A stretch of 64,000 nucleotides of DNA from Carpediemonas membranifera BICM (GCA_019828565.1 JAHDYR010000069.1:186001-250000); one strand, 5' to 3'. Counted from the first letter of the stretch, positions 38,117 to 49,764 are shown. Translations and numbers: made by a program. Notes: generated by a model not told the origin, from the letters alone.

Positions 38117-40753
38117 TCACACCGTCTGCCCCGGTCTCCGCCCCGCCCTCACCGGGTTTGCCGTCATCACCACCTCCTTCAGGCCCCTGAGCGCGGTCAC
38201 AACATCTCTCATTGAAGGCCTGTCGCTCGCATCCTGCTCCCAGCAGCTCCTAATCAGCGGCCCAATCTCTTGCGGCACTGCATCTAGGGGTGGCCGTTTT
38301 CCAGCGGCGACAAGCTGTAGGATCTGCATCGGGCCGGCGTCTGGGATGTCGTCGAAGGGCTCGCGGCCCGAGAAGCACGCCCACATGGTGACGCCGAACG
38401 AGAAGACGTCGACCTTGTTCGTGTACGTCTTCTGGTGCACCTCGGGCGCGCTGTATCCGGGCGTGCCGACGTTCGAGATGGTTTTGTTCTTCGTGCTAAC
38501 GGCCAGGCCGAGGTCGCCGACCTTGACGACGATGCGCTGCTTGGGCCGGCCGAGGGCGACGTAGTCCTCGACACCCACGAAGAAGTTCGCCGCCTTCACG
38601 TCGCGGTGGATGAAATTCTTCGAATGAATGAAGGCGAGACCCTCCGCTGCTTGAGTGACAAGCTGGACAACCGTTCTCCCGTCAAGACGCTGCTTTCCCT
38701 TCAAACTCGACATATAATCGTCTAAGCTACCAAGAGCACAGTACTCGGTCACGAGGAAGATGTTGGGCAGCTTTAGGGTCGCCCCAACGAACCCGACGAC
38801 GTGCCGATGCCGCAGGTTGACCAAGGACCGCGCCTCCCGGGCGAACTCGTCCATGGCCTTCGGGTCTGACTGGATCAGCTCGTGCATCTTCTTGACCGCA
38901 ACCACCTGGCCCTTGTACACGGCACGCGACACGGACCCGAAACCACCTGACGCGATGAGTGTCGTCTCCTGTATCTGCGAGGGAGGGATATAGAACGAGA
39001 ATATAAGCCGGTAGAGCGGATTGCTCGGCGTGATGTTCAGTTGGGCGAGCTCCGCCTTTGTCGCAGTCCGCTGAGCCCTACCCTGCGCGTACTTGACAAG
39101 TTGGAGCAGGGAATGTACTGTCCCGGCAAGGAAGGTGAGTGCTACGCCGACAGCGATGATGCCGTTCCCAATAGCAAGAATTACATGCCATATAACCCAG
39201 GTCATGGTCAATATCGACCCGACCGCCGATGTCGCAAGGAAGAATCCAGTTAGCATGACTACCAATATCCATTGTATCACGTGTTGAGTGTCTCTACTGT
39301 CGGTCACAGCACCCCACGTAAGACTGCGGAACCGGTAAAAGATCATCTTCAACTCCGGGCGTAAGACAAACTCGGTGCGGGGTGTGAGGTTGACAAGGGT
39401 CACTAGAGAGCTGACATTACCGGTGGAGCGGTCGGGGATCTCTTTGTGTCGCGTGGCAATGAGAATTGAGTCGTTTTGCTTCAGGATGGAGTGTGTAAAG
39501 GAGCCTCTAGCGGTTGTATCATTAAGATATCGAGTATATTTTGGTAGATTCGTCGGTATTTGCTCTAAAACGTATGCTCGCTTCCTATCACCCGAGACAT
39601 CCAATGCGTCGTCATTAAGCACTATTCTATACAGCCACAGCTTCGAGTTGAGCCGAGTCAAGTCTCGACCGGTGATGGTCGAGTCGGCTGCGACTCCTAC
39701 GATATCGTTTGATACGTAAATGTATCGCCCAAAGTACATGGATGCGTCTGGACCATCGGGGTCGACTGCATCGATCCAAGTCACGCTGTAAGTGCTCGCG
39801 CACGCGATGTACACGCGAGATATACCTGCTGATGACCACAAAAGGCAGTCACCGTCTCTCGCGTGTGTGACATCTGATCCAGTCAGTGTAAAGGCGGTTG
39901 ACCTGACCCCCCTATCGTCGTTTTGGGCATTAGCCGGCTCGAACAGCTGAGATTGTCTATATACGATGGTCTTATTGACTAGATCGCCCAGAACGCTGTC
40001 AGGAGCCGTGAAGTTGACTACGGAGCCCTGGAAACTGGATCCGTTGTACAAGGCAGAGACAAACAGGTCTCCGCTCGGTAAAATAGTGGAAGCCCAGCCC
40101 AAATATGCGCTGAATCCGAATGGGGAGACCAATTCGGGCTGCGACAGGGTTATTACGGGGTCGCACTCCACTGTTGAGCCAAGTGGTCTGCAGCTTGAGG
40201 TCGCGACGACGCCGTCCACAGCGGTGGCGTACGGGGCGGCCATGCCCATCGCCATACGCCCCGCCTCATTCGCACAGATGGCTATTGCGGACTGATCGGT
40301 GGAAAGGGGGTAGTTGATAGTGGTTGGGGTGGCATGCCAGGAAGAGGTCGCTTCATTCCAGGCAAAGACGCTCGTGTTGCACAGGCCGGCGATGAAGAGC
40401 AGGTTGCTTGTGGCCTGCATGGATTGGCCGAAGAGGGTGATGCTGCTGTCGCCTGTGAGTGTCTGGGAGGAGGCTTCGGTGAAGATCCCATCATTGTTCT
40501 TTGAGAGAAGAACATCGCGGACACGATTGGACTCTGGTTCTGGTATGAACATATGAACACCATCATTACGCTCCGACAAGGTTGCTCCGTATCCGAAGAG
40601 GTAGGGAGAAACGGAAGGGCGCCAAGTCGCTGTGGCGTCCTCGTCAAAGCGATAGACGGTTACTGGCGATAAAACAAGCCATCCGAAGAATATCATCAAG
40701 AAACCGTACAGCCATTCACATACTACCTCTAGCATGCGTTGACGACTGAACAA
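38117..40753 (-). CDS. Receptor-like TKL protein kinase
   Basis: N-terminal hydrophobic segment, about 460-aa beta-rich ectodomain, a two-helix TM region, then IASGGFGSV, VAVK, HRDVKAAN, DLG, GTPGYSAPE and DVFSFG. First ATG at 40735. Confidence 0.9.
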   Translation of the reverse strand: MFSRQRMLEVVCEWLYGFLMIFFGWLVLSPVTVYRFDEDATATWRPSVSPYLFGYGATLSERNDGVHMFIPEPESNRVRDVLLSKNNDGIFTEASSQTLTGDSSITLFGQSMQATSNLLFIAGLCNTSVFAWNEATSSWHATPTTINYPLSTDQSAIAICANEAGRMAMGMAAPYATAVDGVVATSSCRPLGSTVECDPVITLSQPELVSPFGFSAYLGWASTILPSGDLFVSALYNGSSFQGSVVNFTAPDSVLGDLVNKTIVYRQSQLFEPANAQNDDRGVRSTAFTLTGSDVTHARDGDCLLWSSAGISRVYIACASTYSVTWIDAVDPDGPDASMYFGRYIYVSNDIVGVAADSTITGRDLTRLNSKLWLYRIVLNDDALDVSGDRKRAYVLEQIPTNLPKYTRYLNDTTARGSFTHSILKQNDSILIATRHKEIPDRSTGNVSSLVTLVNLTPRTEFVLRPELKMIFYRFRSLTWGAVTDSRDTQHVIQWILVVMLTGFFLATSAVGSILTMTWVIWHVILAIGNGIIAVGVALTFLAGTVHSLLQLVKYAQGRAQRTATKAELAQLNITPSNPLYRLIFSFYIPPSQIQETTLIASGGFGSVSRAVYKGQVVAVKKMHELIQSDPKAMDEFAREARSLVNLRHRHVVGFVGATLKLPNIFLVTEYCALGSLDDYMSSLKGKQRLDGRTVVQLVTQAAEGLAFIHSKNFIHRDVKAANFFVGVEDYVALGRPKQRIVVKVGDLGLAVSTKNKTISNVGTPGYSAPEVHQKTYTNKVDVFSFGVTMWACFSGREPFDDIPDAGPMQILQLVAAGKRPPLDAVPQEIGPLIRSCWEQDASDRPSMRDVVTALRGLKEVVMTANPVRAGRRPGQTV

Positions 40754-40999
40754 TCTTCGAAATGGTGGAATGATTGGATCATTATGGAGAATCAGGCCCG
40801 CGTTCTGGAGTCAGGCATGGCGGCAAGGACTGCGTCGGTATGCTGGGGGTCGCGGTCGCGTCAGCTACGGCTTCAATCTCTGATTCGGGCGTCTTTCTAT
40901 CATCATTGAGGGAGGAGGATCGTGTCTGCAAGAAACTGGGGCTGGCGAGGCAATGGAATGCGTGTCGTAACATGATTCATCAGACTTAACCCTGGTCGA

Positions 41000-42824
41000 G
41001 CTGCACTTTAAACTGCACTACTTGACTGAAGTCGCCACGAGGTTGGCATACCGCATGGTGTTCACCGTCATCGCCGCATGCTCAGCGCTGGGCGACGCGT
41101 TGGCCAGCATGCCCACCCTGACGCGGTCATCGCCCAGGAACCGCTTCAGCGTGTGGGTCAACATGGAGTTGCGGTAAGGCACGTGTGAGGCGCCCGAGGC
41201 GAGTGCCCTGAAGCACTCCTTCAGCGCAAGCAGCGACTTGTTGATCTCGCGGCTCTCCTTCTGCTCGGCGGGGTCCATCTTGCCCGTCCTCAGCTCCGTG
41301 TCAGCCCCCGCGAGGTCCACGAGGATGATGCGCCGGCCGAGCAGACCCTGCCCGTGGGACGCCATGTACCCCTTCTCAGCGGCCACTGCTGCGTCCACGC
41401 GGGCCTGGAAGTGGGCCACCTCGGCGTCGTTGGCGGCCATGATCGCGTCCATCTCAGGGTCGTCGTTCTTGATCCAGCGGCCGATCTCGTCCTGGCGATA
41501 GAGCTTGGAGGCGTTGTCGATGACGTACGAGTCGCGTTTGTTGCCCACCGGGACGAGCTCGGCTTCCTTCTGCGTGATTTCGTCGCGGAGAGCGATCAGA
41601 TCTTGGGATACAATCTCAAGTTCCAAGACTGCGTGGGATCTGGACGATTGGTTGTGTCTAGTGGAGCAGCCCACGGCGCGCTGCTTGATGCCGTTCCTCA
41701 TGATGGCATGCACGTCCTCCATCGTCCTCGCGGTGACTGTCTTGAGTCGATTGACCTTGACCTGCTTGGTTTCGGGTCAACTTCGGTGTTGGCGCGAATG
41801 TCGATCTCGCCCTCCGCGTTCGTCCGAACGAAGCACTCCATGTGGTTGTTGTTGAGGTCGAAGGCCTTTCCGTTGTACAGTTCAATGAACCGGATCTGAA
41901 GGCTGAGGTCTGGGTGCGGCTCAATGAACGTGAGAACGTCTTGGGCTGCAAAATCGTACATGCCGCGCTCTGGGCCGTAGCCGAGCATCGTGTGCGTCTT
42001 GCCCGCGGACGTCTGGCCGTAGGCGAAGAAGGCTGCGGTGGAGATCTGCAGGTTGAGGACGCCAGAGACAAGGGGCTGCACGATCTCGCGGTACACGGCG
42101 CCGTTCCGATCGTGTCTGGTAAAGACCCTCTCGAAGGGGCCAACGGAGAGCTTCTTGCCGGTGGAGAGCGAGAAGCTGTCCGCTGGGCGATCTTCCGAAT
42201 CGGGAACGCCTTCAACCGTCTTATGCTTCGCTTCGGTGGGAAGCAGCGGTCTAAAGCGCACCGAAACGGAGATCTTCTGCTTCGTCATCGTGATTTTTGG
42301 GAAATTCTGTTCTGTTTGTCCAAGCTCGTGATTTACAGTTTATGCCGGGCCATGTATCGTCCTCCAAACCAGATGAAGCGAAACCATGGCCAGCATCTAC
42401 AGCCCTACTCTACCGCTCAGTCCGAGAGCCCTGGTTCGAGGTCAAGCTCAAGCTCGCTCTCGGGATACGCAGCCTCCGCGATGCCATGCAGCTGTGCTGG
42501 CGAGCGATGAGGCCGACTCCTATCCCACTCGCGCTCGACCGGTCTGGCCTTAGGCGGCCGGCCGCGCCTGCTCTTGCCGGGGGCGTCCTTGAAGTTGATG
42601 AGGAGACCAATGATCGTCATCGTGTCTGGGATTGTGTAAAAGATCGCGGGATACACTAGATCCCACATATGCTTGCCAGTGACCGGCCTGTACGAGAAGG
42701 CGAAGAGACGCAGCAGCAAGGCGAAGTCGAACAGGACCATCTTCGACAGCAGGAAAAGACCTTTTCTCACAATAAGAAAAGTCTTGCGCGTGGCCGACAG
42801 CTGCGCCTTATAAATCGCCCAGAC
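41000..42824 (-). repeat. Inverted segmental duplication, copy B (1825 nt)
   Basis: Near-identical reverse complement of 35460-37285. Confidence 0.97.
41018..42288 (-). pseudogene. Kinesin copy with a 1-nt frameshift (or a homopolymer sequencing error)
   Basis: GACCCCGAA in copy A is GACCCGAA here (41774-41776), splitting the gene into ORFs 41698-42288 and 41018-41722. Confidence 0.7.
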
Positions 42825-43523
42825 AACCCGTAACGAGTACAATCCGCTAAACCAAGTGAAAGCGACACTCATAAAGAACCAATACCCAATCAAAACGAGC
42901 AGGTTAAAGTCGAATACGAGGCTACCCTCGGTAGGCATCATGGGCGATATGATCCAGAAGACGTTGACTACCAGCTGGAGGCCCATAACTACTGCTGTAA
43001 CACCGTACGCGAACAAATGGGCAGCAAATAAGATGAGTTTGCGTCGGGTTGGGTTCAGCGTCCGGATATTGACCTTGATGTACACCGCGATGTTGATACA
43101 GAACGCGGCGAAGAGCAGGAGGACCGACCATCTGTTGAACAGATCTGAGAAGTCCACCACGGAGGGGCGGGGGATAAATAGCTGCAGAAAGGAGAGGTAG
43201 TGGAACCAGATCAGGCGCGTGAGGACTGAGAGGAGGAGGAGCAGGTGGACTAGGAGGCGCTGCTTGAATATGGAGCTCAGCTTGAGTCGCTTGTGGTGGA
43301 CGAGGCTCTCGGCGATAATCCAGAGGATTCGGAGCAGGATGATGAAGAAGATGATATGATATACGATGGAATTCACGGCAACATTCCAAGGACCGACGTC
43401 GTACGTCTTGACGGGGAGTAGGAAGGCTGATCTCTCCGATGCTTCCGTTCCCCATTGCCCATAGATTGTAGGGAGTGTTTCTATCCAGGACTGCAGTCCT
43501 GGTAACCTAGATGAACTATTCAT
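42417..43523 (-). CDS. Seven-TM membrane protein (GPR137/TOM1-like)
   Basis: 368 aa with about 7 hydrophobic helices and a polar tail; IFYTIPD in the last helix. The family call is tentative. Confidence 0.75.
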   Translation of the reverse strand: MNSSSRLPGLQSWIETLPTIYGQWGTEASERSAFLLPVKTYDVGPWNVAVNSIVYHIIFFIILLRILWIIAESLVHHKRLKLSSIFKQRLLVHLLLLLSVLTRLIWFHYLSFLQLFIPRPSVVDFSDLFNRWSVLLLFAAFCINIAVYIKVNIRTLNPTRRKLILFAAHLFAYGVTAVVMGLQLVVNVFWIISPMMPTEGSLVFDFNLLVLIGYWFFMSVAFTWFSGLYSLRVVWAIYKAQLSATRKTFLIVRKGLFLLSKMVLFDFALLLRLFAFSYRPVTGKHMWDLVYPAIFYTIPDTMTIIGLLINFKDAPGKSRRGRPPKARPVEREWDRSRPHRSPAQLHGIAEAAYPESELELDLEPGLSD

Positions 43524-43776
43524 TTGCTAGTGGGCGTGTTTCGATTGGTTTCCAGCACACTTGTTGTGCTCGCTCAAAGTGCCGCGGAAATCCAGGGAAA
43601 GATAGAGAAAGATCGCATCTGATCCCATGACCCATCTCACTGTAGAAGTAGGCACCCATCACCCAGGGCATCATTCAGCTGATAGCAGATTATTCAGGTG
43701 CGCTGGTTGTGGTCCACATTTCTCGTTTTCAGATCCACAAATAAGTTCCGAGCACTCGCCACCACTTTTATTTCAT

Positions 43777-44532
43777 TTAAGCAGTCTGGTAGCCCTGCTG
43801 GGGAAGGTACCCACCCATTCCGGGCTGGACATATGCCGCCTGCTGCATCATCTGGGGGAGCTGAGGGGCATAACCGCCCTGGAACTGGGGCTGGACATAG
43901 CCGCCCTGGGGGTAGTTGGGGCCGGGGGCACCGGGGTTCATCTGTACATAAGACTGGTTGGCGCGGCGGGCAGAGGCGGAGTTGCCGCAGCAGACCTTGA
44001 CAACGACAACAACAAACGTGACGATGCAGACGACCTTGACGGCGATAACGCAGCACATGCAGATGGGGGCACAGAGCATGAACACGAGCCAGAAAAGAAC
44101 GGCAAAGACGGCGCCGACTATGGCCACAGGGTTTGACTCATCGTCGCCAAGGATGTATGTGGAATCAGAGCAACCGTACACATCGTCGCCCACGCCAACG
44201 CACACGTAGTACTCGGCAGAAGAGTCAAACGACGCCAGGTCGGCCACAACGGAGCCGCTCGTGGGAAGAGAACTGGTGTCAGTGCTGTCGATGAAGGCGG
44301 TGATGTCGGTTTTCGTGGAAGTGGATGGAGTAACAGTGTAAAGAGTAATAGGAGGAGTCCAGGCGGTGGGCACGTCGGAAACGCAGCTAGAAGAGACATA
44401 GAAGTAGATGGTACGCTCGTCAGACGACGTGTTATAGCTGCTCACAGCAACAGAAGAAAGGCCCGTCGTGCTGCAGTAATCACACAACACAACCGCAACG
44501 AGGAGAAGAAGAACAGCAAAAGGACGCATCAT
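43777..44532 (-). CDS. Surface membrane protein: signal peptide, Ser/Thr-rich ectodomain, Cys-rich TM region, QGGY/PY tail
   Basis: MMRPFAVLLLLVAVVLC leader, a long hydrophobic Cys-rich stretch, and YPQGGY/FQGGY/MGGY repeats. Confidence 0.8.
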   Translation of the reverse strand: MMRPFAVLLLLVAVVLCDYCSTTGLSSVAVSSYNTSSDERTIYFYVSSSCVSDVPTAWTPPITLYTVTPSTSTKTDITAFIDSTDTSSLPTSGSVVADLASFDSSAEYYVCVGVGDDVYGCSDSTYILGDDESNPVAIVGAVFAVLFWLVFMLCAPICMCCVIAVKVVCIVTFVVVVVKVCCGNSASARRANQSYVQMNPGAPGPNYPQGGYVQPQFQGGYAPQLPQMMQQAAYVQPGMGGYLPQQGYQTA

Positions 44533-44826
44533 TGTGTTGTTTTTGGCTTCGAGATGTAGGGTTAAATCTCAAAGATCTCCCGATCCGGCCGGGACGCCAA
44601 CTCTGAGAGAAGACACGCTGGCCCTCACGCCAGCCTGTCCTGGCCTTCTTCCACCTCAAATCACTTGGGCCGCGGGACGGGAGATGGATCTAACCCAGCG
44701 GTCCAGGTTAACCCTGTGATTTCTCCTCAACCTCGGCACCAACATTTCAGTAGAAAACAGCCGACGTGATAAATTTACTCGGCGCGAGGCTAAACACCGC
44801 AATCAGACCATCCAACGCCACTGGAC

Positions 44827-45833
44827 TCACAGGACACCGTATCGGTCGAGCACCCGCCTCGCATCCTTCGGCACCGTACACGCCCGCCGAACCAGGGTCA
44901 GCTTCTGGTCGCAGTTACGGCGGAGGAAGGGCATAGGACCGAAGAAGCCCTGCTGGGCAGACCAGAAGAGGGTTGGGTCGAACTCGATGCCCAGGGGCCG
45001 GGGCTGGGGCCGCTGGCGAAGCGGGAGGAGTTTGAATGACTCAGCAGCCTCGGTAGCGTCCTCAAGAAGTGCCCGGTGTGTCTTTGGCAGCGGTGCGTCG
45101 AGCACATCGGCGGGGAGCTTCTCGTCGAGACCCGACCCGGATCCAGCCTCAGCCAGGGAACTGTCAGGATGGTAGTTGGTAGGTGCTGAGTCGTGTGACT
45201 CGTAGCTCTTCACCATACGTGCGAACCTCGCTGCTGGTTTCATCGTGTACGTGTTCGTCGCGCCCAACGTCTTCGGCATGGGTATTTCCTCAGGGTTGGG
45301 GAACATGCTGATCTGCTTGAACAGCCTTGTATGCGACCTTACAGTCATGTACGTTGTGAGCAGAGGGAACGGGGGGAGAAAGGGAGGGACCGAGGCGGGG
45401 AGGTCCTCAAACAGGCCTGTGGTGTGTGCCGCGCTGGGCATGCGGATGGGCGGGCCTGGTGTGCGGAGAGGCTTGATGAGCTGCGGCAGGAAGCTCTCGG
45501 TCTCTATGGAGGCGGCATAGAGCTTGAGTTTTAGGAGGTTGATGTGGCGGACACGGAAGAAGGCACGGACATCGAATAAAGTGCCTTTGGATCTCCCAGC
45601 ATTCTGTGCTATCGCACTGATGTCTTTAGCAGCCTCTCGAATGCCTGCGTGAGCGAATAAATCGAAAACGAACGATTCTCGAGCAAGTCCACGAGCATGT
45701 CCATGCATCGCTTTTCAGACTCCTTGTATTTGTGTGTAGACATCAATAAGCTGACGACTTCTGAGCTGCCTATCATCGTTTGCTGCAGAGAGCGATACTG
45801 ACTGTCGTCTTCGCTGGCTTTAAACTGCGGCAT
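44827..45833 (-). CDS. TAF8: TAF8-like bromodomain-associated histone-fold protein (exons 45833-45674, 45644-44827)
   Basis: After splicing, CMDMLVDLLENRIREAAK..AQNAGRS..TLFDV forms a histone fold; VPPFLPPFP..TTY is the TAF8_C motif. Confidence 0.78.
45645..45673 (-). other. Spliceosomal intron, 29 nt
   Basis: GTTCGT...CTCACGCAG; joins ORFs 45609-45833 and 44827-45708 in frame. Confidence 0.88.
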
Positions 45834-45975
45834 GTAGATCGAGGGCTAGTTCCGCCTCTTGAGCTGATATAGTACCATGACACTGACCATTGTAGCCTGA
45901 CAGGGCACATATTATCTGCGTGTCGCGAATGTGTGACTCCGGCTCGAGTCGTGGCGGCACTTGAAGCGCGCGGAA

Positions 45976-47712
45976 ATGAACCTGACGAAAGGAATCATTA
46001 GCGAGCTCGAAATGATCAGAGATTCGGGAAGACCCGTTCAACAACCTTATCCCTTCGTTTTGGAGGTCCGCGGCATCTCTCCGATGGGCGCCGACATGAA
46101 GAACTCTATACTCGATGTTTCAGATGGCGAACGCAAGACATCCATGCAGGCATCGTCAGCAATCGTTGGGAACGTACAACCGGGCTGCGTTATCAAGGGC
46201 TCCGCCTATCCTATGAGCGGTATGCTCATCGTGGCTGAATGCCAAGTGGTCAACGCCGGCCGCTCCGGCTACAACGCTCCCCAACAGCAACGCCAGCCTG
46301 CCCGCCAAGTGCAGATCGCCGCCCCGCCCGGCTGGCCCGCCCTCCTCGACATATCTGACCTGAACCCCTTTGTTGGAGCCAACAACTGGACTATAGTCGG
46401 CCGTGTGTCGTACAAAGGCCCCGTCCGCACGTTCAGCAGCAACGGCAGGGAGGGTAAGGTGTTCAACTTCAACTTGAAGGACGCCAAGGGCTCTGAGATC
46501 AGAATCTCGGGCTTTACCGAGATTGTGGACAGATTCGAGTCCACTATTGAGAAGGGCAAGGCGTACTTCGTCAAGGGCGGGTCGATCAAGAAGGCGAACC
46601 CCCGCTACAACCGCACGAACACCCAGGTCGAGGTCACTCTTAGTCGAGACGCCGACATCCGCGAGGCCACTGCTTTCGCAGACGCCATCCCACTCGAGTC
46701 CTTCTCATTCGTCGACAGCCTCCAGAGTGTGGCAGCAGAGACCACAGCGAAGGGCAGCACTCTCGACGTCTGCGGTGTGGTTCTCAGCCCCGGCGAGGCT
46801 GGTACCATCCGGTCCAAGTCCTCGGGCCGGGAGTTCACCAAGCGTGACGTCCTCATCGGCGACGAGAGCATGATGAAGATCAACGTCACCATCTGGGGAG
46901 AGGCAGCGGACCGTTTCCCCGACCGCCTCGTGGGCCGCCCCGTGGCCTTTAGCGGCTGCCAGGTAGGCGAGTTCGGAGGCAAGCGCCAGCTCTCGATGAG
47001 CAGGGACGGCAGCTTCACTGACACCCCCAAGGCCGCCTCCCAGCGCTGGGCCGCACTGCTCCAGTGGACCCCCACCGCCCCCAGAGACGAGGCAGCCTTC
47101 CAATGGGTGCCAGACCCCTTTGGTGATGGCATCATCTCCGAAGACAGGTCCGTTGATAAGTTCAGACAGCGCCTCACGGTCCAGCAGCTCCGGTCGATTG
47201 CTACACACGAGGTCGAGGCCCAGCCAAAGACGGTATTCACTAAGGGTTTCATCGTAGAGGTCAAGTACGTCAAGGATAGGCCGTTCTACTACCCCTCGTG
47301 TAAGACGCCCGACTGCAAGAAGAAGGTGACCAGGGATGACACCGGCAGGTGGACTTGCACCAAGTGCGAGGCCTCTTTCGACCAGCCGAACTATAGATAT
47401 ATCGCGCGTGCCGTGATCAGTGACCACACTGGCGAGTGTCAAGTGCAAATGTTCGATGAGACCGCTGAGAAGGTCTTTGGAATCAACGCCAACGATTTTT
47501 ACCGCAAGACTGAGGTTGAGAACGCCGAAGGTGACGAGCTTCTCGAGCCATGCACGCTCAACCAGCTTGTCTTCCGTATTCGCGCCAGAGCTGACCATTA
47601 TAACGAGACGGCCCGGGTCAGATACGAGGTGCAGGGGGTCTACCCAGTCAGGCCTGTGGAGGAGGCGCGCGGGCTCGCTGATGTGCTTATGGAGCATATC
47701 GCGAGCATGTGA
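45976..47712 (+). CDS. RPA1: Replication protein A 70-kDa subunit
   Basis: ISDLNPF..NWTI.GRV..K, EGKVFNF.L.D, C4 zinc ribbon YPSC..CKKKV..CTKC, YRYI and ISDHTG. Confidence 0.95.
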   Translation: MNLTKGIISELEMIRDSGRPVQQPYPFVLEVRGISPMGADMKNSILDVSDGERKTSMQASSAIVGNVQPGCVIKGSAYPMSGMLIVAECQVVNAGRSGYNAPQQQRQPARQVQIAAPPGWPALLDISDLNPFVGANNWTIVGRVSYKGPVRTFSSNGREGKVFNFNLKDAKGSEIRISGFTEIVDRFESTIEKGKAYFVKGGSIKKANPRYNRTNTQVEVTLSRDADIREATAFADAIPLESFSFVDSLQSVAAETTAKGSTLDVCGVVLSPGEAGTIRSKSSGREFTKRDVLIGDESMMKINVTIWGEAADRFPDRLVGRPVAFSGCQVGEFGGKRQLSMSRDGSFTDTPKAASQRWAALLQWTPTAPRDEAAFQWVPDPFGDGIISEDRSVDKFRQRLTVQQLRSIATHEVEAQPKTVFTKGFIVEVKYVKDRPFYYPSCKTPDCKKKVTRDDTGRWTCTKCEASFDQPNYRYIARAVISDHTGECQVQMFDETAEKVFGINANDFYRKTEVENAEGDELLEPCTLNQLVFRIRARADHYNETARVRYEVQGVYPVRPVEEARGLADVLMEHIASM

Positions 47713-47934
47713 GAGATGTAAATGGTTTTCTTGCAGTACGGCGGTGGGGTTGGTTGAATGTAGTCGTGTTGATGCCCGGTACAGTGAGTTGCGGGTCTGG
47801 GGCGGCTCGTGGGCTGGCTGAGGGCCGGCTATGGGCTTTATCGCCCGGTTGGTCTCTTCAAGATTACCGAGATTCGCCTATTTTAGCCAGTTTTTTTTCT
47901 CGCAAAGACAACAACAGAAGAGAAGAAGCCAACA

Positions 47935-49764
47935 ATGGATACTCAACGATCTAAGCTAGAGCACGCCGTGGCGCACGCCACTCATTTAACGAAACACCTA
48001 CCCGGAGACATCCCCGCGCTCCTCCAAAACGCCTGCAAGGTCGAATCTCATGAATGGGGCTTCGTTATGGAGCTTGTGAGCACCGCCATCGAGCGCATAT
48101 CCAATCTCAAGGTTCACAGCGGCCATGGCGGTGCAGACCTACTCGTAGAGGCGCATATGTCCCTTATCAGGGCCCACAACCTCCTGCAGGATGCTCTCGA
48201 CATCGAGGTCGAAGTAACCGACACAAGCGACACTGATAAGGTCGACCTTGACGCTGAGATGACTGTAGCAGACCTAGCCGATGACCTGGACAACATAACC
48301 CTGTCTGATCCGTACGCTTCCCGTCTCATCGCCAAGGCTTGCGCCATTATCACTGAAGGGCCGGAGCTGAGCATGAATATCCACCTTGAAGACGGCGAGG
48401 AGCTTCCCGAGAGACTCCACACGCTGCTCCAGGGCACTGTCTGGGCGACCCTGATGCAAGCCGGGGCTGACCCAGACCTCGAGGACAAGGAGGACGAGGA
48501 AGCCGACGACGAGACGTTTTTCAAGAACTACGAGAACGAGGACGACGAGATCACTGGGAAAGACGCCAAGTGCATGTGGTTCCTGTGCCGGAAGTTCTGG
48601 TTCTCCCACCACGTGGCCGAGAACGACGGTGAAACGAAGTTTGAACGCACCGCAATCAACCTGGCCAGCGCGGACGTGTGGCAGATCCCCCACGTCTACT
48701 ACAGGCACTACGCGGGCCGCCTCTTCACTCGCGGTGAGAATACGGACAACGAGACCGGCGTCATGAGTGACGCTCCAGTGATCCCGGCATACAGCCGCGT
48801 ACGCGTCCCCCCGGTCCTCCGCCTATTCTCCGCAGGCAACGTCGCCATTGTCACCACTCCCATGGGCATGTTCGGCTGGGGCAAGAACTTCCCGCGATGC
48901 CTCGGCTTGGGCGATATCAATCGAGAGCCACCCACACGGATCACATTCCCTGACGCGCCCATGGTCGCCGAGTACGAACGATCCCTCCCCTGCTGGCGCA
49001 AAAACGAGCTTGTTCTCGACATCTTCAGCGGCTATGGCGAGACAATGATTGTCACTGCAGCAGGCATCGTAGCTGCCGGAGACAACCAGCTCTGCCGACT
49101 CGGCGTCGACTCTGACGAAGAGGCACTACTCTTCTTCACCCCCGTCCCTGTCCCCCGGAAATTCAGACCGTACGCAGCTTTCTTTGGCGATTATCACTCT
49201 GCCTTGCAGATGAACAAGCGTCTGCTAGTAGTGGGCCGGAACGGCCACGGTCGGCTGGGTCTGGGGCATACTGAACATGTTCGGGTGTTTACTGAAGTCC
49301 CGTTTGACGTGGACAACGTGTGGTGGTTAGTCAATGCAACTGTGTTCGTCAGCGGTAGTAAGCTTATATACGCGGGCAGGGTGACAGACGTGAGCCAGAA
49401 GTACCTCCCCAACGTCCGCTCTGGTGACCTTTGCCTCAGCCCGACGCCGCTCAGGCTCTCGGCACCGGTCAAGGCGGCAGCGCTTAACAAGCTCATGTGG
49501 TGCTTCGTCAAGGCAGACGGCACCGGGTGCTTCGGGGTCGGCCCAAGCGGGGATGAGTGGGAGCTGGATATGGAGATCATATCGGTCAAGACGCTCGGCT
49601 GGTGCTTCTGGTTCGAGACTTCTGAAGGCTGGTACGGGCTTGGCAATAACAGTTTCCAGATGATTGGTGTTGACGGTCCAGACGATATTATCAGTCCGGT
49701 GATGATTGAATGGGAGACAAAGGAGTTCGGAGATGCCGAACCCGTACAGATCTCGGCATGTTGA
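47935..49764 (+). CDS. RCC1/BLIP-II repeat protein with acidic N-terminal region
   Basis: Repeats FGWGKN..CLGLG, AAGDNQ.CRLGV, VVGRNGHGRLGLG and YGLGNNSF.MIG. Confidence 0.82.
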   Translation: MDTQRSKLEHAVAHATHLTKHLPGDIPALLQNACKVESHEWGFVMELVSTAIERISNLKVHSGHGGADLLVEAHMSLIRAHNLLQDALDIEVEVTDTSDTDKVDLDAEMTVADLADDLDNITLSDPYASRLIAKACAIITEGPELSMNIHLEDGEELPERLHTLLQGTVWATLMQAGADPDLEDKEDEEADDETFFKNYENEDDEITGKDAKCMWFLCRKFWFSHHVAENDGETKFERTAINLASADVWQIPHVYYRHYAGRLFTRGENTDNETGVMSDAPVIPAYSRVRVPPVLRLFSAGNVAIVTTPMGMFGWGKNFPRCLGLGDINREPPTRITFPDAPMVAEYERSLPCWRKNELVLDIFSGYGETMIVTAAGIVAAGDNQLCRLGVDSDEEALLFFTPVPVPRKFRPYAAFFGDYHSALQMNKRLLVVGRNGHGRLGLGHTEHVRVFTEVPFDVDNVWWLVNATVFVSGSKLIYAGRVTDVSQKYLPNVRSGDLCLSPTPLRLSAPVKAAALNKLMWCFVKADGTGCFGVGPSGDEWELDMEIISVKTLGWCFWFETSEGWYGLGNNSFQMIGVDGPDDIISPVMIEWETKEFGDAEPVQISAC

